Origin: a virus
Lineage: Duplodnaviria; Heunggongvirae; Uroviricota; Caudoviricetes
DNA: 64,000 bases
IMG/VR virus record: IMGVR_UViG_3300025765_000001
Direction: 5' to 3' (one strand)
Both the position numbers and the translations under genes were made by a program. Every line of letters begins with the position of its first letter. Position 1 is the first letter of the stretch. This document shows positions 19,814 through 29,445 of the stretch, piece after piece. Under the pieces are notes generated by a model. The model did no database searches and was not told the DNA's origin. It worked only from the letters and a program-made list of their open reading frames with translations.

Positions 19814-20477
19814 ACACAGACTCTACCTCGTTCGAGGACTGTTCTCTGTACACATTCAGGTCCATAGAGAAATCTTCTATCTTTAACACGTCTCTCAGGA
19901 AGGGAGACAGCACTAGATAGTATGGACTCACCTTTCCCAAAGTCGTCCAGCCGATTAGCGTGCGATCTTGAAGCAGGATGATGATATCTTGCTTGTTGTA
20001 ATTCTCGCCGAGTTTGGACACGAGAAATTTTCTAGTGTCTTGCAAGTCGAACTTCACCAAGATAACATTGGCCTTATTCGCACCTTTCTCTTCGGAGGTA
20101 GCTGGCCTCTCCATAGCTCGGTCATATTGCTTCTTCCAAAGACGCCATCGCTTCCAAGCTTTCTCGCCGTGTAGAATGCCTGGGTCGATCATAGCGTGAA
20201 TTGTCCCATCTGTGATATGCTTCATGATCTGAAGCTGAGCCGTGATGTAAAGTTGGTAGTCTGAGTCCTCGATCAGGCCTAGTGTCTCACGAGCCAGCTT
20301 GTAGCAATGCTTGAACAGAAGTGACTTCCGTGGATCGCCCGTCTTGCGTAATTTGGCGTGCTGATAGTTGGGGAACAGTTTTCTTGACAAATCTATCCAC
20401 ATGAGCGAAATCTTGTAAGCCTTGGCTTCAAGATCGTTCATTTTGTATTGCAGTACGACTTCGAGGGGGTCTACCAC
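19776..20477 (-). CDS. hypothetical protein
   Basis: 233-aa ORF with GGAG RBS; GDPRKSLLFK motif. Confidence 0.75.
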   Translation of the reverse strand: MVDPLEVVLQYKMNDLEAKAYKISLMWIDLSRKLFPNYQHAKLRKTGDPRKSLLFKHCYKLARETLGLIEDSDYQLYITAQLQIMKHITDGTIHAMIDPGILHGEKAWKRWRLWKKQYDRAMERPATSEEKGANKANVILVKFDLQDTRKFLVSKLGENYNKQDIIILLQDRTLIGWTTLGKVSPYYLVLSPFLRDVLKIEDFSMDLNVYREQSSNEVESVFKDLFPNEIATP

Positions 20478-20479
20478 AT

Positions 20480-20833
20480 TTAGTCTCCCAGAAAATCGTG
20501 GACTATTTTCATGACCTTAACCATGTTCTTCAAACCTTTTACTGGTTTGTTGCCAGGGAGTTTGGCTTCGAGGCGAAGCTGTATCCAGGTATCCTGATAT
20601 GCCTTTTTATTGATTTTGCTGGCCTCTGCCTTAGCCGCCTTGTAGCCATCAAGATTATCAATGTAGTCGTTATCGTTCACCCGGATGTCGTCTCCGAACC
20701 ACATTCTCTTCAGGGTAGGTATACGGTCATCGTCGGCAGACCTACGTTCGGGTCAAAATCCGTAATGATCTCCTTACCGAACAACTTACTGAGTTCGTCT
20801 CGGTATGCCGCCTTTAATGGCGTCCTGGGACAT
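20480..20833 (-). pseudogene. frameshifted hypothetical gene
   Basis: Coding-like segments in three frames (MSQDAIK / AAYRDELSKLFG / DDDRIPTLKRMWFGDD...). Confidence 0.4.
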
Positions 20834-20851
20834 AAGTATAGTTGTAGATTG

Positions 20852-21252
20852 ATGTTCCCAGAATTCAGATGGCGGACTGCAATCGTTAGTCGAGCTAATG
20901 TTATTCGGTTTTCAAAAACATTGCAAGAGCAATTTTAAGGAGCTAGCCGTGGAGAAAAACGAACTAGTACAAGCCGGTTTCATTATCAGAAACCTAGTCA
21001 ACTTCTGTCGTTGGGGTGGGGAGAGTCTCAAAGAAGCTCCTTCTATACTGAAGAAAGTTGTCGAAAAAAAGCTGTACCTGGAGTTTTACATGTACGGCGA
21101 AGGTAATCCGAAAAGAGAAAACAATCAATGCGGCCTGTATTGATGCAGGACTAGCGGTGCCTAAGATTCAAGTCAACAAAAACGATCCTAAACAGGTTAC
21201 AAGAATACTATACAAGCACTACGGCAAGATTGGTATAAGAGTTGATAGATGA
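20852..21252 (+). pseudogene. frameshifted hypothetical gene
   Basis: Consecutive coding-like fragments in different frames. Confidence 0.35.
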
Positions 21253-21282
21253 GTTGCGTCGTTCACTAGACGAGAAATGATC

Positions 21283-21310
21283 TTGACTTCCTGTACCACT
21301 TTGCTATGAT
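21283..21310 (+). promoter_or_regulatory. sigma70-type promoter
   Basis: TTGACT-16 nt-TATGAT with extended -10 TG. Confidence 0.65.
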
Positions 21311-21316
21311 AAGGGG

Positions 21317-21683
21317 TGTAGATAACTGGGGCCAATAGCGGTGATAGCCGACTAGGGTGGTGATTCTACGACTCCACAAGAGCTTGAACTGTCCAAGTGA
21401 ATGTTGAGTTAAAAACCTGCAAGGCGGTGCCAGAGACCCTGGCGAGTAACGGCCTGCAAATAACTCGTGTAATCTGACGAGTCGATGATCGCATAGTTCC
21501 AAGGTAAGCCTACTAACGTCAAGGCCGTGCGGTGTGCTTCGGCACCCAAACAAGGTCGGTAGGTTAGGCGGAACTCCCGCAAGCGGGACTTAGCTTGCAC
21601 TGACAGAACTAACTCCGATGCCAAGTCGGTTCTTTGATGGCATAACGGAGAAGGTGTACTTGTGTCAATGATTTTGACACCCC
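21317..21683 (+). ncRNA. large structured ncRNA, unassigned
   Basis: Many nested stems (GCCAG/CTGGC, GTGC-TTCG-GCAC, TCCCG/CGGGA, GAGTTA/TAACTC, CTGTC/GACAG, GTTCC..GCCTA/TAGGC.GGAAC, CTCCG.ATGCCA/TGGCAT.CGGAG); promoter upstream; no credible ORF. Confidence 0.65.
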
Positions 21684-21802
21684 ATATATCTTCTCTTAAA
21701 TGCAACACAACACTAAGAACCGCTTTAGGCCCAGATTATGTACTCATTTCTGCTTTTCACTTCAGACTAGATTCATCTCGTTGGTTTTGGTATACTTCCG
21801 CC

Positions 21803-21976
21803 ATGACAACTTTGAGACATTTGAAGGTTGGAGACCGAGGCCAGTTCAAGACAAGTTGTGGCACCGAAATTACCGGCGTGGTTGTCGAAGCACGTCCAGA
21901 TGGCTACACTGTTCGTAGCGACTCAATCCAGAGCAATCGACATGAGAACGGATATTTCAGATTCACACTTTCCTGA
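21803..21976 (+). CDS. small SH3-like hypothetical protein
   Basis: MTTLRHLKVGDRG..G.VVE; TATACT 6 nt upstream. Confidence 0.5.
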   Translation: MTTLRHLKVGDRGQFKTSCGTEITGVVVEARPDGYTVRSDSIQSNRHENGYFRFTLS

Positions 21977-22012
21977 CTGGTTGATGGCTCGGTCTGATCG
22001 AGGAGAGTGGAG

Positions 22013-22316
22013 ATGTGGACACAACTATTCACCGGGAAGATTAGCCCGGCTCTGTTGCATAAGTGTAAGGACCACGCCTGGAAGGTTTATCTGGCGAGGG
22101 CAGATCAAGACAAGGCTAATGATGATGAAGGCGAACACAGGTACATGCGAAAGCTGATCGGGAAGATAGGCGAGGTTGGAGCAGGGGAAGCCGGGTACGA
22201 AGGCGAGATTGATTGGAAGATATGGGAACGTCCAGCTTCGCTTCCTGACTTGGGCGACAACATTTGAGTCAAGACTTGTTCCGCATTTGAGATGCGGAGT
22301 TTTGGGTTGTCTTGGC
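22013..22316 (+). pseudogene. PD-(D/E)xK-like gene remnant truncated by the TnpB element
   Basis: GKIGE...PDLGDNI*VKTC...FGLSW, then joins TnpB sequence. Confidence 0.5.
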
Positions 22317-23175
22317 ACATGGCTCTCGGCACGGTTTAGGAAGGTTGCTGCCAGAGAAGCCATAGACATGATTCTGAGCGTGAAGAACAAGGAGAACGAG
22401 AAGGCATGCCAGTTCAAACCACGTCACTATGGACGCTCCATGAGTGTGTCCAGTACGATTGCGAGCCTCTAGACCACCAAGAACGCTAGTGAATACGACT
22501 GCTGGTTGCATATCGCCAGCGTTGGTGACGGCATCATCTTGGATTTGCCGGTGAAGTTGCACAAGCATTTCCACTGGCTCAAAGGGCGTGGTAAGGGGCT
22601 AGAGTCATACATCATCAAGAAGGACTGCGTTCAATTCTCGTTTGAGATAGAGACAGGTGCGAAGAAGGACGATGGCGTGGTGATCGGCGTGGTGATCGAC
22701 GTGGATACCGGCATCAACGCACTGGCGTCTCTGGACGATGGGCGTCAGTATGGCCGGGACGTGAAGGGACTGATTGAGAAGATCAAGAGGAAGCAGCACG
22801 GCAGTAAGAGGCAGCAACGAGTACGCCGTGCTTTGAGACAGCGAGTAGATGAAGTCGTCAAAGAGGTAGTCGGCGGTGACGTGAAACTGGTCGTGGTGGA
22901 AGATTTGAAGAAAATGAACCACCGGACCAAACTCAAACGACGCTTGAGTAAAAATATGTGTCGTTCTCTCGGTGCGTGGATATATCGTTACTGGTTGAAC
23001 CGGCTGAACTAGACCTGCGAAGACAACCGTGTTGCCTATCGTCGAGAATGCCGATGTAGTCGGCGGCAAGAACATCAAGTTCTGGTTTCTCTGCGGACCT
23101 TACGGTGCTGCATACAAACTAAGAAACATGGATTTTTTGTCTAAGGTAAGATTTTCCAAGTTTTGAGGAACGGTA
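22317..23175 (+). mobile_element. tnpB: degenerate IS200/IS605-family TnpB (RuvC) element
   Basis: TWLSAR.RKVAAREA, RuvC-I IDVDTGINAL, RuvC-II VVVEDL, RuvC-III NADVVGGKNI; TAG stops at 22470 and 23010; 5' end and Zn finger missing. Confidence 0.8.
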
Positions 23176-23254
23176 TCAAAGACTTGGTACAGTCGTGCCC
23201 CATTTACGCCAAGCGTATCTAGAAAATCTGCCCGCAATGTGATATGGTGAGGAG

Positions 23255-24562
23255 ATGCTCAATCCTGCTCTGGCGGATGCCATTCAAAAACTGGAGGGGA
23301 AAGACCTTTTTCTCTATCCCGAACCGGAGGTTCTCGACCACACGAACCCAGCACGTCCGGCGAAGCTAGTTTTATTAGCTCAGGGCATCAGGGTCGAGGT
23401 TCCATTTCCAGCAGAGCAGAAGAAGCTGAATGAGTTTCTGGGTCTTTTGCTGGAAGCCTTCTCCCTGCCAACACGTCTAGTGATCGGTTGGGAAATCAAG
23501 AACTTCCTCAGCTACGTATTTTGCCGAACAGGTAAGAAGTTTGCTCTTGAAGGCACTCTTCTTGATCTGAAGGTGTTAGAGAGCTTCATGGGCATCTCCA
23601 ATGAATGCCCGAAGACTTTCCACGACGCCAAGACCAGATTGGCGTTCGTGGCGACTCAACCGACCTGGAAAGAACTGAAAGAAATCTACAAGAAGGTGTA
23701 CTTGCCACTGATTGTCGAAGTCGTCCCTGCGATGGAAGCCAGATACATGACCCATCAGCGGGACCGAATACTAATCTCCTCGTACTACGAAGTAGTTGGT
23801 CAGATCAACGGTAGGATGAAATGCCACAAGGCTCTGGCTCACTGCTTTAACCCACATTCTATAACTGAGGACGACAAAAACAATTTGGTCTCGACTAGAT
23901 ACGACAACAGGTTCCTATACCTGGATTTTAAGCACATGGAAGCCAGTGTGCTACATTGGCTTACCAACGATCCGGTCCTTGGAGGAATTCTTGCTTCCGG
24001 CAAAGACCTATACGCATCAATTTGGAAGAAGATCACAACGCTAGACGCTGACGCAGCCCAGAGACAGAAATGCAAAGATGTGTTTCTGCCTGTAGTTTTC
24101 GGGCTGGGCGTGTCTTCGTTGGCCGAGAAACTCAAGGTATCCGAGGCTACGGCGAGTAAGTTGGTAGATCGCACCTACCAAATTTTCTCCGTTGCAATGG
24201 ACTGGATCAAGAGACGTCAGAATTCGTTAGATGAGAACAACTACTCCTACGACTACTTCGGGAAACGGCGTAGGTTTGAAGATCAACTGTACCGGATTCG
24301 GAACTTCCAGGTGCAGTCTCCCGCAGCCCTTATCTGCCTGCACAAGTTGGTGCGACTCCACGAGGCGTTAGCCAGGGATGAGGGCAAATTGGCCTATCAC
24401 GTTCACGACGGCTACATGTTGTTCACTGACAAGTCTAGTTGGATGAAAACCGCTGAGTTAGCGAAGCAAGTGTTGGAATCCGAAGAAGACCTGTACCCAG
24501 GTCTGAGACTCAAGGTAGCCTGTAGTACAGGAGACAGGATGGGCAGTATGAAATCCATTTGA
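23255..24562 (+). CDS. compact family-A DNA polymerase-like protein
   Basis: Motif A LDFKHME, motif B R...K.VF..V.FG, RNF.VQS.AA, motif C VHDG. Confidence 0.85.
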   Translation: MLNPALADAIQKLEGKDLFLYPEPEVLDHTNPARPAKLVLLAQGIRVEVPFPAEQKKLNEFLGLLLEAFSLPTRLVIGWEIKNFLSYVFCRTGKKFALEGTLLDLKVLESFMGISNECPKTFHDAKTRLAFVATQPTWKELKEIYKKVYLPLIVEVVPAMEARYMTHQRDRILISSYYEVVGQINGRMKCHKALAHCFNPHSITEDDKNNLVSTRYDNRFLYLDFKHMEASVLHWLTNDPVLGGILASGKDLYASIWKKITTLDADAAQRQKCKDVFLPVVFGLGVSSLAEKLKVSEATASKLVDRTYQIFSVAMDWIKRRQNSLDENNYSYDYFGKRRRFEDQLYRIRNFQVQSPAALICLHKLVRLHEALARDEGKLAYHVHDGYMLFTDKSSWMKTAELAKQVLESEEDLYPGLRLKVACSTGDRMGSMKSI

Positions 24563-24576
24563 ATGAAAGAGAATGT

Positions 24577-25134
24577 ATGGATAGTATCGTTAAGTCTTTT
24601 CCTATCACCCAAGAGGAGTATGCTGATCTAGATAAGGCTTTTGGTGATCTATGTGAGTACGCTGCATGGCAGCTAATTAAGAAGAACTCCTGCAACAATC
24701 ACACCGATGACCAGAGCGACATAGCTCAAGAGCTACGTTTCTCTCTAATCCACGCCGGGTCGTATTTCAAAAGACAAGTCTACATCGAGAAGTGTCTAAA
24801 TCTGTGTTTCAAGTACGCTGAAGACCACTTCTTGAAGAGCATCGTTGATGAACTATTGTTTCTTTGGAACAACAAAACTAGACACGGTGCCAACCGGCAG
24901 AAGTTCGGGCCGCATCAAGAGCGACTGCTAGAAAAGCTCACCAAGGTGCTAGTTCCAAAAGAGGAGCGGCCCTCAAAACGAGAACCTCTTTCTATCAGTC
25001 CCGAATTCAAGACCTATTGTAAAGCGATCACCTGGAACCGCCAAAAGAGTATAGGTAAGAAGTATACGAGAGAAAAGTGTATACGAACTGGCATGGTTTC
25101 TCTCTCGGAATATGACCACCTAGTGACTTGCTAG
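24577..25134 (+). CDS. sigma70 region-2-like protein (putative phage sigma factor)
   Basis: D..DIAQELR..L..A..F and F.TY...I.WN patterns. Confidence 0.5.
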   Translation: MDSIVKSFPITQEEYADLDKAFGDLCEYAAWQLIKKNSCNNHTDDQSDIAQELRFSLIHAGSYFKRQVYIEKCLNLCFKYAEDHFLKSIVDELLFLWNNKTRHGANRQKFGPHQERLLEKLTKVLVPKEERPSKREPLSISPEFKTYCKAITWNRQKSIGKKYTREKCIRTGMVSLSEYDHLVTC

Positions 25135-25193
25135 GCTTGCAAGAATCTTGGGAATCGGGTAGACTCCAGCGACTAATTAAGTGGGTCTCTCCG

Positions 25194-25664
25194 ATGACTG
25201 AGTACGTTGTAGTTTTCGCAAGATATAGGCCAGAATTCGTTCTACTAGTCCACAAGGACCGTCCAGCTTGGCAGGCCGGTCGCTACAATCTACCCGGTGG
25301 GAAGGTACAACCTGGCGAATCGCCAGAATATGCCGCTAGGAGAGAACTGTTGGAAGAAACAGGTCTCCATAGCGACAATGTTATTTTGAGAGGCAAGATT
25401 GTAGGAAGCTGGGGTATTGTCTACTGTTTTGACGCAGAAGTTGACTTCGACCAGCCTAAGCCGAGAGAAGGCGAGACCGAAGAGGTACATTGGCATCGCT
25501 GGGGCGATGTTCGCAGCAGTTCTTTCCTTCTTCCCAACCTGAAGGTAATCATACCGTTGTTCATCGCCGCCGTTGATAATTGGGTTGTCAACGATGAGGG
25601 GCCTAGCTATGTGAATGGGATTTGCCCCAGCCACACCTTTGCAGTCACAATTTACATGGAGTGA
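25194..25664 (+). CDS. Nudix hydrolase
   Basis: GGKVQPGESPEYAARRELLEETGL Nudix box. Confidence 0.9.
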   Translation: MTEYVVVFARYRPEFVLLVHKDRPAWQAGRYNLPGGKVQPGESPEYAARRELLEETGLHSDNVILRGKIVGSWGIVYCFDAEVDFDQPKPREGETEEVHWHRWGDVRSSSFLLPNLKVIIPLFIAAVDNWVVNDEGPSYVNGICPSHTFAVTIYME

Positions 25665-25666
25665 TA

Positions 25667-27220
25667 ATGCCCTTAACGCCAGAAGAAGAAACCCTGTTGC
25701 AATCCTTCACCGATCCTGATGCGGCTGAGAAGGACTCGTATCATTGGGACGAGGAATTTCAACGGCAGATATTAGGCATGTTACTCTGTGATCGCTACTT
25801 CTTGGTTCAAAGCCAAGGATTGATTCAGGCTACATACTTCAGCGATGAAGTTCACAAGTTGATCTGCACGATCCTACATCGGCACTTCAAGCAGTACAAG
25901 AACCCACCGACCAAGATTCACCTTCGGCAAGAGGTACTAGACCAAATCGGTGACAAGAAGAAGGAGGTCCAGCTTCACTATTTGAGCGAACTCAATACGG
26001 TCTACGAATACTACGTTCCTGGTACCGACTCACGAGACTATCTGCGAGATAAGATCACCAAGTTTGCCAAAATTCGGGCAATCAAGAACGCTTTTAACGC
26101 CAGTATCGACGTGTTGAAGAAGGCACCGGAATCTGACGAAAGCTGGGTTAAGGTCAGCAATCTAGTTCGTAAAGCCCTAACCATCGACCGCAACTTCGAG
26201 ATCGGTTGTGAGTATTTCCAGACATTCGAGGAGCGGTATGCCAAGATGATGGAGGCAGCCGCCACGAAGGATGTGTTTACCTTGGGGTTCGAGTCCATCG
26301 ACAAAAACCTGTTGGGCGGTGGTTTGGGCCGGGGCGAGATCGGCTCGTTCATGGGCCTGTCCGGTACAGGTAAGTCGCTCATTCTTGTTGGGGCTGCCAT
26401 CGCTAATCTGAATCAAGGGAAGAAGGTTCTATACATTTCGACTGAGATGAACGAAACGAAGGTCGCCGAGCGGTTCGACGCTCAGCTTGCCGACCCGAAG
26501 GGCATTCACGGCATCCGCATCGACAACCTGCTCGACAAACAGACGTTCGTGTTTGAGGCCCTCAGAGATTACACGAAGGAGTGCCTCGACCCACGCCTGC
26601 TGGTCATCAAGCAATTTGCCGCTGGTACGATGGACGTGCCGACCTTCCGAGCCTACTACTCACAGTTGCTACAGTACGGCTTCCGCCCCGATCTAGTCAT
26701 CGTTGACTACATCGGCGAGATGAAGGATTATCCAGGGATGAAAACCTATGAGTCACGGTACATGATTGTTCGTGATCTGAGAGGTTTTGCCGTTGAGGAG
26801 AATGTCTGTGTCTTGACGGCCATGCAACCTGATAGGCGTTCGAGGGAGCAAATCAAGCTGGGCGGCGTGATTGACGACGAGAACTTGGCCGACTCCTATG
26901 GTCAGGTTCGCCCACTGGATGCTCTGTGGTCCATTAACCAAACCAAGGACGAGAAAGATTGTGAACTAGCGAAAATCTTCGCTATCAAGCACCGCCACGG
27001 CAAGAGTCGGTTCACGTTCTATGTTGAATACAACAAAAACACCCTAAAGATTTCCGAGCTATCTAGCGAAAGCTATCATAGTCGTCTGCACAGCTACCAA
27101 CAAACCAAGAAGGTCCACAAGACCGATGAGGTAGAGGACAACATTAAGTTCAGCAAGAAGATGAAATCGGTGGGCGAGGAACTAGCTAGAGAGGTCGAAG
27201 ACGAGAAGCCAATAACGTAG
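25667..27220 (+). CDS. replicative helicase (T4 gp41/DnaB-like)
   Basis: GLSGTGKS, YISTEM, IVDY, TAMQ, K.R.G. Confidence 0.92.
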   Translation: MPLTPEEETLLQSFTDPDAAEKDSYHWDEEFQRQILGMLLCDRYFLVQSQGLIQATYFSDEVHKLICTILHRHFKQYKNPPTKIHLRQEVLDQIGDKKKEVQLHYLSELNTVYEYYVPGTDSRDYLRDKITKFAKIRAIKNAFNASIDVLKKAPESDESWVKVSNLVRKALTIDRNFEIGCEYFQTFEERYAKMMEAAATKDVFTLGFESIDKNLLGGGLGRGEIGSFMGLSGTGKSLILVGAAIANLNQGKKVLYISTEMNETKVAERFDAQLADPKGIHGIRIDNLLDKQTFVFEALRDYTKECLDPRLLVIKQFAAGTMDVPTFRAYYSQLLQYGFRPDLVIVDYIGEMKDYPGMKTYESRYMIVRDLRGFAVEENVCVLTAMQPDRRSREQIKLGGVIDDENLADSYGQVRPLDALWSINQTKDEKDCELAKIFAIKHRHGKSRFTFYVEYNKNTLKISELSSESYHSRLHSYQQTKKVHKTDEVEDNIKFSKKMKSVGEELAREVEDEKPIT

Positions 27221-27228
27221 GAGATACA

Positions 27229-27735
27229 ATGTCACAGATGCAAGAAACACTCTCGATGCTAGAACTTCTGAAGAAGAAGGTCTTGGTCGAGATAGATGCC
27301 GAACACAAATTTGAAATCGACAACGCTGCGTTGGATTTCAACGACCAAACCCTCACCGAGTATATGCGTAGAGAGGGAATGGCCTATAGCCACTATAGCA
27401 GCCTCCAAGCTACGCTAGAGCGTGCCCTTGAGATGGCAGAGATCGATCATGAGGTTCGCTACTCTGAAAAGTTCAAGCACTACAAGAGCGAAGGGTCTAG
27501 CGATAAGCTAGCAGAGGCTTGTGCAAAGTGCGATCCGGAAGTAGAGGAACTACAAAGAAGGGTTGCAAGAATCAAATACGGCGTTAGTATGGTGAAGTAT
27601 CACCTGAAGGCGTGGGATAAGAACCACGACAACGCCCAGAGTACAGGACACATGATCCGCAAGGAGATGGACCTGGGTGCCCGCAAATTCAAGGAGGATG
27701 TACTGCTGAACCTGACTGATATGGAATCGAGGTAA
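27229..27735 (+). CDS. uvsY: UvsY-like recombination mediator
   Basis: Helical coiled-coil with D.E pattern; positioned after the helicase. Confidence 0.55.
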   Translation: MSQMQETLSMLELLKKKVLVEIDAEHKFEIDNAALDFNDQTLTEYMRREGMAYSHYSSLQATLERALEMAEIDHEVRYSEKFKHYKSEGSSDKLAEACAKCDPEVEELQRRVARIKYGVSMVKYHLKAWDKNHDNAQSTGHMIRKEMDLGARKFKEDVLLNLTDMESR

Positions 27736-28331
27736 TGGTTGATCCGACTAATATCACCCGGTATTACCAGACCCACGATGAACTAGAAGAGACAATTTTA
27801 TTTTGGGTCTGTGCCGCAGGCAAGAACGGCGTTACTGCTGCTAGGTGCCTGGAGAACCTGCTGTGTTATGCTGAAAAGCAGACTGGTAGGAACAAGAAGT
27901 ACCGCAAGCCTTTTGCGACCCTATCTACTTTGAGCGGGCAAGAGAACTTGGCTGAGGCTATGAAGAATCACGGCATTGGTTGTTACAACAACAAGGCCAA
28001 GACATTTATAGAGTTAATCAGGCGTGATATGAACCTGAAATCCTGTACCCGCAACGATCTTGCTGGGATATGGGGTATAGGTATGAAAACCGCATCGTGC
28101 TTCATCATGCACAGTAGACCGGATGCCAATTGTGCTGGGTTAGATACACATGTGTTGAAATATTTACGTGACCAGGGCATCGAGACCCCAAGCTCCACAC
28201 CTACCAGCAGGAAGAAATACCTGGAGTTGGAGCAAAAATTCCTCAATCTAGTGTCCTCTAACAAAACTCCAGCCGAGTTTGATTTAGATATCTGGCTGAA
28301 GTATTCGGGGCATAAGTGGAGCGACCAATGA
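27735..28331 (+). CDS. HhH-GPD DNA glycosylase (8-oxoG lyase-like)
   Basis: L..I.GIG.KTA HhH, LDTHVL, Y.ELE..F, .DL.IW. Confidence 0.8.
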   Translation: MVDPTNITRYYQTHDELEETILFWVCAAGKNGVTAARCLENLLCYAEKQTGRNKKYRKPFATLSTLSGQENLAEAMKNHGIGCYNNKAKTFIELIRRDMNLKSCTRNDLAGIWGIGMKTASCFIMHSRPDANCAGLDTHVLKYLRDQGIETPSSTPTSRKKYLELEQKFLNLVSSNKTPAEFDLDIWLKYSGHKWSDQ

Positions 28332-28837
28332 TCGAAGTGTGTCATCCATATTATGACGCCGCCTACTACCTCTATCTGGCTTATAGGAAAGCCAAAGAAA
28401 GCGTTGATCTTTCTACACAAAACGGGGCTGTCTTGGTTCCTGCGACAAGAGAAGGCCAGATCATTACTGCCTGTAACACGCTGCCAACAAACATCAAGAA
28501 CACGCCAGAACGGTTGGAGAGGCCGTTGAAGTACAACTTCGTGGAACACGCCGAGCGTGGTGTCATTTTTGCAGCAGCCAGAGAGGGCGTCTGCACCAAG
28601 GATAGTACCATGTACGTGCCTTGGTTTGCCTGCTCTGACTGTGCCAGGGCAATTATTCTAGCTGGCGTCAAGAGGGTGGTTGGACACAAGGCGATGATGG
28701 ACAAGACACCCGAACGCTGGAAGGAATCTATCGAACACGCTTTTGTAATGTTGAAAGAGGCTGGCATCGACACCCACTTGTACGAGGGAGAAGTTCTTCC
28801 TCCCGTCAAGTTCAATGGAGAATTCTGGAGGCCATGA
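28328..28837 (+). CDS. dCMP deaminase
   Basis: HAE and C..CA..I..AG Zn-deaminase motifs. Confidence 0.9.
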   Translation: MIEVCHPYYDAAYYLYLAYRKAKESVDLSTQNGAVLVPATREGQIITACNTLPTNIKNTPERLERPLKYNFVEHAERGVIFAAAREGVCTKDSTMYVPWFACSDCARAIILAGVKRVVGHKAMMDKTPERWKESIEHAFVMLKEAGIDTHLYEGEVLPPVKFNGEFWRP

Positions 28838-29124
28838 GAAAAGTATTATCCTTATTGTTCCTCGCCCTAGTTGTAGCTTTCTCTTGTGCAGCATCAGGCT
28901 GCAAGCAGGAGAGAAAATCTCCTGTGGTCAAGGTGGAACGAGTAGAGCGGTCAGGGACCGCCTCGCTGAAGATCACTTATGAGAACCATTCGAGCAACAA
29001 TGGTACTCCATATGTTGATCTACATGGCCCGGAGGAAGTGCGAGCCTATAAACAACAGCTTCAATTCCTGCTCTCCCAGATTGAGGAGGCAGAAAAACGG
29101 ATGGACCAGAACGAGCAGAAGTGA
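28834..29124 (+). CDS. putative lipoprotein
   Basis: Signal peptide with a lipobox-like Cys. Confidence 0.7.
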   Translation: MRKVLSLLFLALVVAFSCAASGCKQERKSPVVKVERVERSGTASLKITYENHSSNNGTPYVDLHGPEEVRAYKQQLQFLLSQIEEAEKRMDQNEQK

Positions 29125-29191
29125 TGGTGGTACTCCTCGACAGGTGGTATTCAGTAAATTACTCGGTTGTGTGATATATACTATGTTCTGT

Positions 29192-29344
29192 CCTGACAGG
29201 TTCCGATCTTCCTTGTTGTAGGGTCCAAACTTGTTGCAAATAGTTCACGCAGACGTTGCATCAAGTCCTACCAAGCAAACTGTCGGCGTGAAGAGTGGAT
29301 AATACCTAGTGTTACACTCTAGGCAGTAACTCATGTATGTCAGG
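29192..29344 (+). ncRNA. structured small RNA, rod-like
   Basis: CCTGACA/TGTCAGG terminal stem; internal TCTTC/GAAGA, GTAGG/CCTAC, TGCAA/TTGCA, CCTAG/CTAGG; TATACT upstream and terminator downstream. Confidence 0.5.
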
Positions 29345-29346
29345 CG

Positions 29347-29383
29347 AGGGATGCTACAAGCGTATTGTAAGCATCCCTTTTTT
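29347..29383 (+). terminator. intrinsic terminator
   Basis: AGGGATGCT..AGCATCCCT hairpin plus T-run. Confidence 0.8.
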
Positions 29384-29445
29384 ATTGGCCTTTGGAAAAA
29401 TTTACTAACCTTTGATATATACCCCTAGTAATTAGAGAAGGTCCG

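Noticed and set aside
21317-21683. tmRNA call (GGGGCC start, GCAAATAAC resume-like sequence)
   Set aside because: No 3' T-arm/CCA end and no tag ending in Ala-Ala; kept as an unassigned ncRNA
858-23012. TAG-to-Gln stop-codon reassignment, suggested by in-frame TAGs at Gln-like positions in TnpB
   Set aside because: Long core genes have no internal TAG, uvsW and uvsX end at TAG, other TAGs sit at Trp-like positions, and the same genes also carry frameshifts and deletions
22317-23175. Active TnpB/Cas12f-like RNA-guided nuclease
   Set aside because: 5'-truncated, two nonsense codons, Zn finger deleted, no array nearby
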